Translations under genes and position numbers: made by a program
Notes under the pieces: generated by a model
The model's input: only the letters and a program-made list of their open reading frames with translations
Told to the model about the DNA's origin: nothing
Database searches by the model: none
Source: an uncultured Gemmatimonadota bacterium
GTDB taxonomy: Bacteria; Blakebacterota; Blakebacteria; Blakebacterales; CAYUVJ01
NCBI GenBank assembly: GCA_964519015.1
Contig: CAZFHZ010000004.1
Span: 3,479 to 67,478, forward strand
Reading direction: 5' to 3'
Length of the DNA stretch: 64,000 bases
In this document: one piece after another, positions 25,569 through 34,523 of the stretch
Position numbering within the stretch: the first letter of the stretch is position 1
Layout of the letters: each line of letters opens with the position of its first letter

Positions 25569-25612
25569 ACCTCCAGACCTATTATGGTCATATGCTCATT
25601 ACTCGGCAAGCG
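25569..25612 (-). promoter_or_regulatory. Putative promoter plus SD for DUF134-NifX-like operon, containing an imperfect palindrome centred on CATATG
   Basis: Minus strand: TTGCCG-agtaatgagcatatgacc-ATAATA-ggtctGGAGGtggtccc-ATG; palindromic ATGgtCATATGctCAT overlaps the spacer. Confidence 0.4.
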
Positions 25613-25854
25613 CTTTCATCGGATCCGCTCCGGTGGGCACGGGCAGTCCCGGACGGATCGGTGAGTCTCCGGCCGCCGGTCCGGTAAATCCCTGGGACCA
25701 CGCCGACGTATCACCTCGACCGACCGGCCGCTGGGATTCATGTCCGGCGGAAACTCGGCAGCGAGCCGGTTCCGGACAGGAATCCGCCCTGCAACGGTGT
25801 CTTAACAGTGCCGGACCGGGGGGAGGCGACGTTGCCACCCGCCGCTGACCACCC

Positions 25855-27276
25855 GTGAACGACACCTCCGCGGGAGAAACCGCCCCGATGCGCGATGAGC
25901 CCGACCGCACCCTCCCCCGCGAACTCCGGCTCTTCTCCACGACCAACATCGTGATCGCCGACATGATCGGCGCCGGCATCTTCACCACCTCAGGCCTGCT
26001 CATGGCCGGCCTGTACAACCCGGTACTGATGCTGCTGCTCTGGCTGGTCGGCGGGGTGCTCGCGCTCTGCGGCGCGCTCTGCTACGGGGAACTGGGCGCG
26101 GCCATGCCCGAAGCGGGGGGGGAGTACGTCTACCTCAGCCGGCTCTACCATCCCCTGCTGGGCTTTCTGACCGGCTGGGTCTCCATCATGGCCGGATTCT
26201 CCGCCCCGATCGCGGCCGCCTCCCTGGGCTGCAGCGAGTACCTGGCCGCCGCCTTCCCCGCCCTCTTCGCCTGGGGGAACCCGTTCCTGCTCAGAAGGAT
26301 CCTCGCCCTGGCCGTCATCATCACCTTCACGGCTATACACTACCGGGGCATCCGGTTCGGAGCGGCCGTGCAAAACGGGCTCACCGTCCTGAAGGTGTTG
26401 CTGATCGTGGCGCTGATCACGGCCGGTTTCGCGGTCGGCCGGGGGGACCTCGGTCACCTCTTTGAGGGGCGGCCCTTCACCCTCGACTTCGGCGGCTTCA
26501 AGACCATCGGCCTCTCACTGATGTGGATCATGTTCGCCTACAGCGGCTGGAGCGCCTCCTCCTATCTGGGCGCCGAGATCCGCGACCCGGTGCGCAACCT
26601 CCCCCGCTCCCTGCTGCTCGGGACCGGCGTGGTGACCCTGCTCTATTTCCTGCTCAACCTGCTCTTCGTCTACGCCGCCCCACCCGAGGAGATGAGCGGG
26701 GTGATCGCCATCGGGGGGCTCACCGCCGGCCGGCTCTTCGGGGACTCGGTCCAGAGCCTGGTCTCGCTCCTGATCGCTTTCGCCCTGTTGTCGGCCATCA
26801 GCGTCTTCATCATCCTGGGTCCGCGGGTCTACTACGCCATGGCCCGGGACGGCTGTTTCTTCCGGACGGCCGGCCGGATCCACCCGCTCTTCCGTTCCCC
26901 CCACATATCGATCGTGCTCCAGTCCCTGATCGCGGCCGTCATGGTCCTGACCGGCACCTTCGACCAGATCCTGACCTACATGGGGTTCTCGCTCGGGATC
27001 TTCCCCCTCTTCGCGGTCTTCGGGGTCTTCCGGCTGCGCCGGCACGGCGTCAGCGTCGCCCCGATGCCGCTCTATCCCCTGGCCCCGCTGATCTTCCTGG
27101 TGGCCGGGATCGGCATCCTCGTGTTCGCCTATCTCGAGCGCCCGGTCGAATCCTCGATCGCGCTGTTGATGGTCGCGGCCGGCATCCCGGCTTGGTTCCT
27201 CTTCACCCGGAGCGCCGCCCGGACGGCCGCCCGGGAGCGCGCTGTGACGGATCGCACATCCGAAACCCCGGAGTGA
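25855..27276 (+). CDS. APC-family amino-acid/polyamine permease
   Basis: 12 TM; …RELRLFSTTNIVIADMIGAGIFTTSGLLMAG… and …GGEYVYLSRLYHPLLGFLTGW… APC signatures. Confidence 0.8.
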   Translation: MNDTSAGETAPMRDEPDRTLPRELRLFSTTNIVIADMIGAGIFTTSGLLMAGLYNPVLMLLLWLVGGVLALCGALCYGELGAAMPEAGGEYVYLSRLYHPLLGFLTGWVSIMAGFSAPIAAASLGCSEYLAAAFPALFAWGNPFLLRRILALAVIITFTAIHYRGIRFGAAVQNGLTVLKVLLIVALITAGFAVGRGDLGHLFEGRPFTLDFGGFKTIGLSLMWIMFAYSGWSASSYLGAEIRDPVRNLPRSLLLGTGVVTLLYFLLNLLFVYAAPPEEMSGVIAIGGLTAGRLFGDSVQSLVSLLIAFALLSAISVFIILGPRVYYAMARDGCFFRTAGRIHPLFRSPHISIVLQSLIAAVMVLTGTFDQILTYMGFSLGIFPLFAVFGVFRLRRHGVSVAPMPLYPLAPLIFLVAGIGILVFAYLERPVESSIALLMVAAGIPAWFLFTRSAARTAARERAVTDRTSETPE

Positions 27277-27301
27277 GGTACTCTCCGGAGGGAGTACGAC
27301 C

Positions 27302-27982
27302 ATGAAGAACCGACTTCTGATCCCCGCTTTGATCCTCCTGGTGACGCCGGCCCTCCGGGTCGGGGCCCAGGAGACCGACCTGGACCGTCGCGTCCGGGCC
27401 TTCCTGGACAGCCATGCCCGGCAGTGGCGGGACATGAACGTGCCGATGGTGGACGGCCAGGCGCTTTACGACGTGATCGTGGAACACACGTACACCCGGG
27501 CCGTGGAGGTGGGCACCTCCACCGGGCACTCGGGGATCTGGATCGCCTGGGCCCTGAGTAAGACCGGGGGCAAGCTCATCACCATCGAGATCGACGAGAG
27601 GCGCCACCGCCAGGCGGTGGCCAACTTCGAGGCGGCCGGCCTGAGTGAATATGTCGATGCCCGGTTGGCCGACGCCCACGAACTGGTGCCTCAACTCACC
27701 GGCCCCTTCGACTTCGCTTTCGTGGACGCCGACAAGGACTGGTATACCCAGTACTTCAAGTGGTTGCTGCCCAAGCTGGAGGTGGGGGGCTGCTTCACCG
27801 CCCACAACGTCAGCGCTCCGTCCGGCCAGGGAGGGCGCGGCGGTCGGGGTGGACGCGGCGGCATGGGCATGGCCGGGACGGCGGCCTTCGTCCGGGAACT
27901 GATGGCCACACCGGGCCTGGAGACCACCTTCTTCCGCTCCGGCGGCGGTCTGTCCATCAGCTACAAGAAGCCGCCTGAGTAA
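27302..27982 (+). CDS. Secreted class-I SAM-dependent O-methyltransferase (caffeoyl-CoA OMT-like, family 3) with Gly/Arg-rich insert
   Basis: Signal peptide MKNRLLIPALILLVTPALRVGAQ; …VEVGTSTGHSGIWIAWALSKTGGKLITIEIDERRHRQAVANFEAAGL…FDFAFVDADKDWYTQYFKWLLPKLEVGGCFTAHNV…; insert PSGQGGRGGRGGRGGMGMAG before C-terminus …GGGLSISYKKPPE. Confidence 0.75.
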   Translation: MKNRLLIPALILLVTPALRVGAQETDLDRRVRAFLDSHARQWRDMNVPMVDGQALYDVIVEHTYTRAVEVGTSTGHSGIWIAWALSKTGGKLITIEIDERRHRQAVANFEAAGLSEYVDARLADAHELVPQLTGPFDFAFVDADKDWYTQYFKWLLPKLEVGGCFTAHNVSAPSGQGGRGGRGGRGGMGMAGTAAFVRELMATPGLETTFFRSGGGLSISYKKPPE

Positions 27983-27997
27983 GCACAGCAGCGGTGT

Positions 27998-29113
27998 TTA
28001 GTACCCCGGCGGGCGCTCCGGCAGAGGGTAGAGGGTCACACCCTCCCGCGCGGCCGCCAGCACCTTCGAGAGACTGACCACAACCAACTTGGCGGTCGGG
28101 CTCGACAGCAGATAGACCCGGTCGCCGAGCACGACCAGGTCGTCCCAGGTGGCATGGTTACCTTCTTTGACCAGGTTGACCCCGAAGCGGCCGAAGGAGA
28201 CGGGGTGGAGCGCCCCCGTGGCCAGGTCGATGACGGCCAGGTTATAGAGCGGTCCGCCAACCAGGAGTTGATCTCCGATCTGTACCCCGCCCCCGAAGAT
28301 GGCCACTGCGCTAGCGGCACGGACGGCGGGGGCCCGGCGCTCTTCCAGCGTTTCCTGCCAGGCGGGGGCGATTAGGGGGAAACCCTTGTCAATCTCCCAG
28401 AACCAGTCGATCGGCTCGCTTCCAAGTCGCACCAGCCGCGGAACGTGCCGGAAGAGCAGCCAGGGAGAACCGGTTTCACCGATCAGATCCACGACTCCTT
28501 CTAAGAAGGTGCGGACACCCGGCTGCCAGGGATCGGCAGCCACTATCGCTCCGGTCCTGTCGTATTCGGTGAGCAGGGTGTCCGGCCGACCGGGAGAGCC
28601 GGTGAAATACTCCTCCACCGCCGGGTTGTACCGGTACTTGGCGACCAGGACCGTGCCGTGATCGGTCAGAAACACTTCCGGGGGGTGGGAAGCCCGGGTG
28701 AGGACGCGGAATCCACCCCGATAGCGGCCCTCATAGTCCAGGAACTCGATCCGGTTGCTCCGGCTCATGAAACCGTCCAGGACGGCCAGCGTGCCGTCCT
28801 GGACACAGATGTCGGCAATCCCGCTGAACTCCCCCGGTCCCTCTCCGAGCCGGCCGATCTTGCGGATAAGGTTCAGCTCGGCATCGAACACGTAGACCGC
28901 ATGCAGTCCCTGGTCGGCGATGAAGAGGAGCGGACTGTCGACGGCCGCGCTGACCGGCCGGTAGACCGGATAGCCGGGCAGATCGGTATGGACCTCGAAG
29001 TCGGTGAGTACCCCGCCCAGGGCGGGCCGCTTCTTCGGATCGCTCGAGGAGCCGCATGCCCCGCTGATCATCAGCAGGACCAGAAGGGGAGCGATCACCG
29101 TCCGCTTCCTCAT
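27998..29113 (-). CDS. NHL-repeat/6-bladed beta-propeller lipoprotein, paralog A
   Basis: Internal ATG 29113: MRKRTVIAPLLVLLMISGAC|GSS lipobox; …GRLGEGPGEFSGIADICVQDGTLAVLD… NHL-type blade. Confidence 0.55.
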   Translation of the reverse strand: MRKRTVIAPLLVLLMISGACGSSSDPKKRPALGGVLTDFEVHTDLPGYPVYRPVSAAVDSPLLFIADQGLHAVYVFDAELNLIRKIGRLGEGPGEFSGIADICVQDGTLAVLDGFMSRSNRIEFLDYEGRYRGGFRVLTRASHPPEVFLTDHGTVLVAKYRYNPAVEEYFTGSPGRPDTLLTEYDRTGAIVAADPWQPGVRTFLEGVVDLIGETGSPWLLFRHVPRLVRLGSEPIDWFWEIDKGFPLIAPAWQETLEERRAPAVRAASAVAIFGGGVQIGDQLLVGGPLYNLAVIDLATGALHPVSFGRFGVNLVKEGNHATWDDLVVLGDRVYLLSSPTAKLVVVSLSKVLAAAREGVTLYPLPERPPGY

Positions 29114-29126
29114 CCGATGACTCCGC

Positions 29127-30347
29127 TCAGTGATAATGCAGTCCCTCCACGGCCGGAACGATCCGGTAAACGATAGGTATCTGCTCATCGGTCTCTGGCA
29201 GAGTACGAATGCTCATAAGCTGGCCATCTCGGATCGAGAACAGCTTGCCCGGGAGGTGCGCGCGACCCAAATAGCGGCCCTCCGAGTCCACCACGTGCCA
29301 CCAGGCGGCATCCACAGCCCAATTGAAGACGTTGCCCTCAACATCGCGCAGCCAGAACCAGCCTCGATCGTCAGCATAGATACTCGTGCTGAAACCAAAC
29401 CGTTCCGCGAAGACGACCTGTTGTCGGATATCCTCCGACGGCAACCGGCCCTCGGCGGTGGCCAGACTATCCATGAATGTGAAGTACCGGTTCCTGAACG
29501 CAGCGTCGATGGGACGCTCCTGCTGGTCGATCCGGATGATCCGGCGCAGTACCCCCAGGGGGGAGAAGATCTGGATGAGTGGTTGGTTTCCTTGGGCGAG
29601 AATGATCTCGCGTTCACGAGTGACGGCCATAGCCGATGAACCCCCGAAGAAGACGACGGACAGACGTCCCCGATAAGTTCCTCCCAGTCCGGACGGGTAG
29701 GTGACCCTCGATTCCGGCACGAACTCACCCCGCACGATGGCCACCGTGTCACCTGTGGTCGCCCGCGTGATGAGGGCTCGCGGCCGAGTGTAGTGTACAT
29801 CGGTCAGCCGCTGACCTTCCCAACTGATGCCGATCAGATAATCGCGATTGGAAACCAGGACGTTTGGTACTCCACCATTCGACTGCCGGAAGGAATCGAG
29901 GAAACACCCGTCGGTGGTTACGCGGCTGGCCCGTTGAGTTCCGTGATCGTAGATCGTCAGGGTGTCGCCATCGAGAGCGGTAATCTCGGGACCCCGGTAC
30001 TCCCCGGGGCCGTAGCCACGCCGGCCGAATGTGCACCGGTACCTTCCGTCGGCCTCGTAGACGACGATCCGCCCTTTCCTCCCATCCACCACGTAGTACC
30101 GGCCGTCCATGCCCCGCTCGAAAGAGGCGACGCCCCATAGCAGCGATGCTTCTTGGGCGGAGTCCTGTTCCAGCCGGAACAGTTCCTCGAACCGGAAGAG
30201 CTGCTCAGCATAGGCCGGACCACCGGTGGTCTCGGCCACCCGGACGCCCTCCTCGGTGTGGGTGCGAAAACGATGGCCGCCCGGTGGGCCGCCCCCACAG
30301 CCGGACACGAGGATAACGGCCGCCAGTACGGGGCCGATCCGCGGCAT
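29127..30347 (-). CDS. NHL-repeat/6-bladed beta-propeller lipoprotein, paralog B
   Basis: MPRIGPVLAAVILVSGC|GGG lipobox; …RYYVVDGRKGRIVVYEADGRYRCTFGRRGYGPGEYRGPEITALDGDTLTIYD…; about 65% identical to paralog C with clear DNA-level similarity. Confidence 0.6.
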   Translation of the reverse strand: MPRIGPVLAAVILVSGCGGGPPGGHRFRTHTEEGVRVAETTGGPAYAEQLFRFEELFRLEQDSAQEASLLWGVASFERGMDGRYYVVDGRKGRIVVYEADGRYRCTFGRRGYGPGEYRGPEITALDGDTLTIYDHGTQRASRVTTDGCFLDSFRQSNGGVPNVLVSNRDYLIGISWEGQRLTDVHYTRPRALITRATTGDTVAIVRGEFVPESRVTYPSGLGGTYRGRLSVVFFGGSSAMAVTREREIILAQGNQPLIQIFSPLGVLRRIIRIDQQERPIDAAFRNRYFTFMDSLATAEGRLPSEDIRQQVVFAERFGFSTSIYADDRGWFWLRDVEGNVFNWAVDAAWWHVVDSEGRYLGRAHLPGKLFSIRDGQLMSIRTLPETDEQIPIVYRIVPAVEGLHYH

Positions 30348-30423
30348 GATCAAGCTCCTGGTCAAGATCTGCCCGAGGAAAGGAACAACATCAAGCAGAC
30401 GCACCGTTACGAATCCCGTTTAT

Positions 30424-30469
30424 AACCGGCGGCGGCCTGTCCATCAGCTACAAGAAGCCGCCGGAGTAG
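30424..30469 (+). repeat. 45-bp near-exact duplicate (about 42/45) of the O-methyltransferase 3' end including its stop codon
   Basis: 30424 ccggcggcggcctgtccatcagctacaagaagccgccggagtagg versus 27939 ccggcggcggtctgtccatcagctacaagaagccgcctgagtaag; both encode GGGLSISYKKPPE*. Located between paralogs B and C. Confidence 0.85.
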
Positions 30470-30478
30470 GCTGGCGGC

Positions 30479-31732
30479 TCAGCGATAGCGCAGACCCTCC
30501 ACGGCCGGAACGATCCGGTAAACGGTCGGGATCTGCTCGCCGGTCTCTTCGACGTAGCGGATGCACATGAGCAGACCGTCGCGGATGGCATAGGGCGTGC
30601 CGGGAAAGTATGCCCGCCCCAGGTAACGCCCCTCGGCGTCCACGACGTGCCAGCCCGCCGCGTCCGGTTCGGTGGCGATGTACCGGCTCATCACATCCAT
30701 GAGCCATAACCATCCCCGGTCGTCCGCCCGCAGATCCTCGCTGAAACCGACTTTGTCCGCGAAGACGAGACGCTCCCGAAGACCTTCCTGAGGGATTCTT
30801 CCGCTGGCGGTCGCCAGACTGTCCATGAATGCGAAGTACCGGTTGCGGAATGAGGCGTCGATAGGCCGCTCCGGCTGCTCGATCCGGATGCGGGGGCGCG
30901 GCTCTCCGAGCGGCGAAAAGATCTGGATGAGGGCTTCGTTCCCCTGCGCCACCACGATGTCATGCCGGGGAGTGATCACCATCATGGGATACCCACCCAG
31001 TTGCAGCATGGAATAGCGGCCGCGGTAGGTGCCCCCCGGTTCCGTCAGATCTGTGAAGCGGGTTACGGGCACGAACTCCCCGCGCACGATAGCCACCGTG
31101 TCGCCCGTGGCCGCCCGGGTGATGAGGGCCCGGGACCGGCTGTACTGGATGTTGGCCGGCCGTTGACTCTCCGAGACGACGCCGATCAGCAGGCCGTCGT
31201 GGGCCACCAGGACGCTCGGTCCTCCACCGTTCGACTGCCGGAAGGTATCGAGGAGACGCCCGTCGGTGGTGAATCGGATTGCCCGCTGCAGTCCGGTGTC
31301 GTGGATCGTCAGGGTGTCCCCGTCGAAGGCGGTGAGCTTGGGCATCCGGAACTCGCCCGGGCCGCTGCCGCGCCGGCCGAACGTGCTCCGGTACGACCCG
31401 TCCGCCTCATAGACCACGACCCGGCAATCGCCGCCGTCCAGCACGTAGTACCGGCCGTCCGGGCCCCGTTCGAATGAATTGACCCGGCTGAGCAGGGAGG
31501 CTTCCTGCGCCGGGTCCTGCTTCAGCCGGAGCACCTCCTCGAACCGGAAGAGGGGCTCGGAGTGGGCCGGACCGCCGGTGGTCTCGGCCACCCGGACACC
31601 ATCCTCGGTATAGGTACGGAACTGGTGACCGCCCGGCGGGCCGCCCCCGCAGCCGACGAGAATCCCGAGCAGCAGCACCAGGATTGGCCGGAGTGACCGT
31701 CCGATCGTCCCAGCATAGTCGGTGCGCGACAT
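30479..31732 (-). CDS. NHL-repeat/6-bladed beta-propeller lipoprotein, paralog C
   Basis: MSRTDYAGTIGRSLRPILVLLLGILVGC|GGG; …RYYVLDGGDCRVVVYEADGSYRSTFGRRGSGPGEFRMPKLTAFDGDTLTIHD…; ATG overlaps paralog D stop (TGATG). Confidence 0.6.
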   Translation of the reverse strand: MSRTDYAGTIGRSLRPILVLLLGILVGCGGGPPGGHQFRTYTEDGVRVAETTGGPAHSEPLFRFEEVLRLKQDPAQEASLLSRVNSFERGPDGRYYVLDGGDCRVVVYEADGSYRSTFGRRGSGPGEFRMPKLTAFDGDTLTIHDTGLQRAIRFTTDGRLLDTFRQSNGGGPSVLVAHDGLLIGVVSESQRPANIQYSRSRALITRAATGDTVAIVRGEFVPVTRFTDLTEPGGTYRGRYSMLQLGGYPMMVITPRHDIVVAQGNEALIQIFSPLGEPRPRIRIEQPERPIDASFRNRYFAFMDSLATASGRIPQEGLRERLVFADKVGFSEDLRADDRGWLWLMDVMSRYIATEPDAAGWHVVDAEGRYLGRAYFPGTPYAIRDGLLMCIRYVEETGEQIPTVYRIVPAVEGLRYR

Positions 31733-32967
31733 CAGCGTTCCTCCTCAAGTCGATAGAAACGCACCACCGGAGTGCCATCCTCCAGCTCTTCGTAACGGTA
31801 GTAGCCGTCCTGGTCGAAGTAGAACGGCTCTTGCGGCAGACTCTGGCTGAAGAGCCAGTCCCCGTCGGGATCGAAGACATCGAACCGGTAGGGATCACCC
31901 TCTTCTTCGGCGGCGTAGGTGCGGTATCGCATGACCCAGAGACGCTCCCGCCGGTCCCAGAACATCTCCCCGATAGCCGGCATACGGTCCGGGTAGTCCA
32001 GCCGCCGCAGCCCTTCCTCCGGGTAGCGCTGGGCCGCGTACGACTTGATGAAGGCCTCGATCTCGGGTCCGGTGACCGCCGGACCTTGAACCGGGAGCGT
32101 CAGCTCGATCCGTCCCCCATCCCGGGCGTTCAGGATCACTATCCGGTAGTCTCCCGAGTCCACCCAGGCCAATCGCCCACCGCTCAGGGCGAACTCAGCA
32201 TGGTCTTCGTGCTGAAAGGGACTGGAGAGGTACTTGTTGCCCAGGATAGGCCAGCGGGTCAGGTAGGTGGTGTCGAGCACGGCCTCGATTCGATTCGGAT
32301 GAGGCCACCATCGATCCAACCGGTACTGCCACTGAAAGGTGATCGCGTCCTGGAACGACCCGCTGAGGCCCCGGCCGTCGTACCGGAAGACCGCGAATCC
32401 GCCGCCAGGCAGTAACGTCAACTCCTGATTGGTCCCGGTCAGTTCAGGGGGCAGGAGGAATTGGCCGAGATAGGCGCCCGTCCGATCGTAGCAGGAGATC
32501 CGCCGATTGGAGCTGTCCAGTACGGCCAGGGTGTCACCGGGGAAGACCACCGTGGTGATGGTCCCGAACTCGCCCGGGCCTTTCCCTCGCCGTCCGAAGG
32601 AGCCGAGATGGGTACCGCTGGGATCGAAGCGGTGAACCACCCCTGCCCGGGCATCGCCGATCAGCACCGTACCCGCGGGATCGACTCCCATTATCATGGG
32701 AGCGACGAGCAGGTAGGTGTCATCGGACTGGTCGGCGCCGAAGACGGCTGCGGGCACCACGCGGTAGGGATCGACTCGCGGAGGCAGATCTCCGAGGTAG
32801 TGGAGGCTGGTCACGCCGCCGACAACCTCCCGGAGATAGCCGGTTTCCTCGTGCCCGCCGCAGCTGCAGGCGAACAGGACACTCAACAGCACCAACACGT
32901 CGCGCAGGGATGAAAGTACCGGTCTGCTCATTCCGGGTCGTTGCTCCTGACCAGAGAATCTATCCAT
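31732..32967 (-). CDS. NHL-repeat/6-bladed beta-propeller lipoprotein, paralog D
   Basis: …VLVLLSVLFACSC|GG lipobox; …GTHLGSFGRRGKGPGEFGTITTVVFPGDTLAVLD…; alternative start 32931. Confidence 0.55.
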   Translation of the reverse strand: MDRFSGQEQRPGMSRPVLSSLRDVLVLLSVLFACSCGGHEETGYLREVVGGVTSLHYLGDLPPRVDPYRVVPAAVFGADQSDDTYLLVAPMIMGVDPAGTVLIGDARAGVVHRFDPSGTHLGSFGRRGKGPGEFGTITTVVFPGDTLAVLDSSNRRISCYDRTGAYLGQFLLPPELTGTNQELTLLPGGGFAVFRYDGRGLSGSFQDAITFQWQYRLDRWWPHPNRIEAVLDTTYLTRWPILGNKYLSSPFQHEDHAEFALSGGRLAWVDSGDYRIVILNARDGGRIELTLPVQGPAVTGPEIEAFIKSYAAQRYPEEGLRRLDYPDRMPAIGEMFWDRRERLWVMRYRTYAAEEEGDPYRFDVFDPDGDWLFSQSLPQEPFYFDQDGYYRYEELEDGTPVVRFYRLEEER

Positions 32968-32971
32968 ATGC

Positions 32972-34183
32972 CTACCGCGGGATCTCGATCCGGTAGCGCT
33001 TCACCCGGGGGACCTGGTCGGGAGAGCGTACCGATGTGATGAACACGTCGCCGCGGATCCAGACGAGCGAGCTCAGCCGGACCTCGTCGGGCAACTCCAG
33101 GGTCCCCAGGTATCTCCCGGCGGTCTCGAAGACATCCACCACCTGCGAGGAATCCCAGCGGGGCGGCGTATCGGCATCCTCGCCTCCGACCCGGACGCCC
33201 GGTCCCTCACGGACCACCCAGAGCCGGCCGCTCAGGTCGGCTACGATCTCGGAGAACCACGGTTTGGTGTCGGGGACCGGGGGCGCCCGCCAGGAGAAGG
33301 AGGGATCGGAGTGGCGCAGGATGCGGGTGTAGGTCTCGATGTACCAGTCCCTCTCTTCACGCTGGACCGGAATGGGTTCGCACACCCGTTCGAGGGCGTG
33401 GACGGAACCCTCCCGGTCCGTCACCGTGATCCGGTAGCGGTCGGAGATGCCGTGGATGAGGGAACCGTCTACGCTGAACGTCCAGACCAGGTCCGGAGCG
33501 AACGGCACCGACAATGCCGTCCGCTCGGTCCTGAGCTGGTACTTCTCGCTGTCGAAGAAGGGCGCCCAGACCGTGTCGAGGACCGCTTCCCTCGGCCCGG
33601 TCCGGCCCATGCCGTAGCGCCGAGGCGGCCGCCGGTTGGCGATGGGCACGTAAGCTCCTCCATCGCGGGTGAGGATCGTCGGGCGGAAGGAGCCGAGGTA
33701 GGAGGAGAGCGGCCAGGTGGCCGCCGGGACTCCGTCCAGCGTGTAGACGTTCACCCGGTTCAGGCTGATGTCCCGAACCACGACCCGGTCCTGTTCCGCG
33801 TCCACGGCGAGACCGGTAGGCAGGCGGAACTCCCCCGGTCCCGCACCCCGGCCGCCGAAGTCGAAGAGATGCCGGCCGTCCCAGCCGTAGACCCGCACCC
33901 GGAAGAAGGAGGAGTCCAGGACATAGATCCGGTCCCCGGTGGCGCCCAGCCCCATCACCGACCCCAACAGGTAGGGTCCTTCCTCATTACTGCCGATCGA
34001 GACTTCTTCGACCAGACGGGCCGGTTCTTTCCAGACCGACCCGGAGAGGGTGCGCACGGTACGGATCCCCTCCATGACGAGCTCTTCCTGCCGCCAGGTC
34101 CCATCGTCCGGCACCCGGCCCCCGCAGGAGCACAAGAATGGAAGGAGCGTCATCAGCAGCAGGACGTGGGCAGTACGCATCGT
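32972..34183 (-). CDS. NHL-repeat/6-bladed beta-propeller lipoprotein, paralog E
   Basis: Internal ATG 34183: MRTAHVLLLMTLLPFLCSC|GG; …RVYGWDGRHLFDFGGRGAGPGEFRLPTGLAVDAEQDRVVVRD…; track ORF start 34294 falls inside the tRNA terminator hairpin, so it was trimmed. Confidence 0.55.
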   Translation of the reverse strand, partial: TMRTAHVLLLMTLLPFLCSCGGRVPDDGTWRQEELVMEGIRTVRTLSGSVWKEPARLVEEVSIGSNEEGPYLLGSVMGLGATGDRIYVLDSSFFRVRVYGWDGRHLFDFGGRGAGPGEFRLPTGLAVDAEQDRVVVRDISLNRVNVYTLDGVPAATWPLSSYLGSFRPTILTRDGGAYVPIANRRPPRRYGMGRTGPREAVLDTVWAPFFDSEKYQLRTERTALSVPFAPDLVWTFSVDGSLIHGISDRYRITVTDREGSVHALERVCEPIPVQREERDWYIETYTRILRHSDPSFSWRAPPVPDTKPWFSEIVADLSGRLWVVREGPGVRVGGEDADTPPRWDSSQVVDVFETAGRYLGTLELPDEVRLSSLVWIRGDVFITSVRSPDQVPRVKRYRIEIPR

Positions 34184-34261
34184 CGGGCTCCTGGTCGAGG
34201 GACCGCCCGGTTCCGGTAGTATCGAGAGGACGGATCCGGAGGGCAGGCGTTTATCACCGTC

Positions 34262-34305
34262 CGGGAACACAAACGCCCCCTGGAGGCGGTTCATCCTCCA
34301 GGGGG
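34262..34305 (-). terminator. Rho-independent terminator downstream of tRNA-Asn
   Basis: 11-bp perfect inverted repeat CCCCCTGGAGG/CCTCCAGGGGG (34276-34286 / 34295-34305, 8-nt loop) followed on the minus strand by GTTTGTGTT. Confidence 0.65.
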
Positions 34306-34311
34306 CATCGG

Positions 34312-34389
<78 letters not shown>

Positions 34390-34445
34390 GTGTCTCGGTC
34401 CGGATGCTCCTCATCCGGGACTTCATAAACTGCGCCAAACCGGTC

Positions 34446-34477
34446 GTAAAAGCAAGGAGCGGCTGAACACCGCTCCT
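34446..34477 (-). terminator. Rho-independent terminator after ctp (end of the long minus-strand operon)
   Basis: Hairpin AGGAGCGG-ctgaaca-CCGCTCCT (34455-34477) followed on the minus strand by CTTTTAC. Confidence 0.55.
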
Positions 34478-34523
34478 GCCTGTCGTCACACCCTCTTCAG
34501 GCGGTCGCCGGGACCATCACCGG

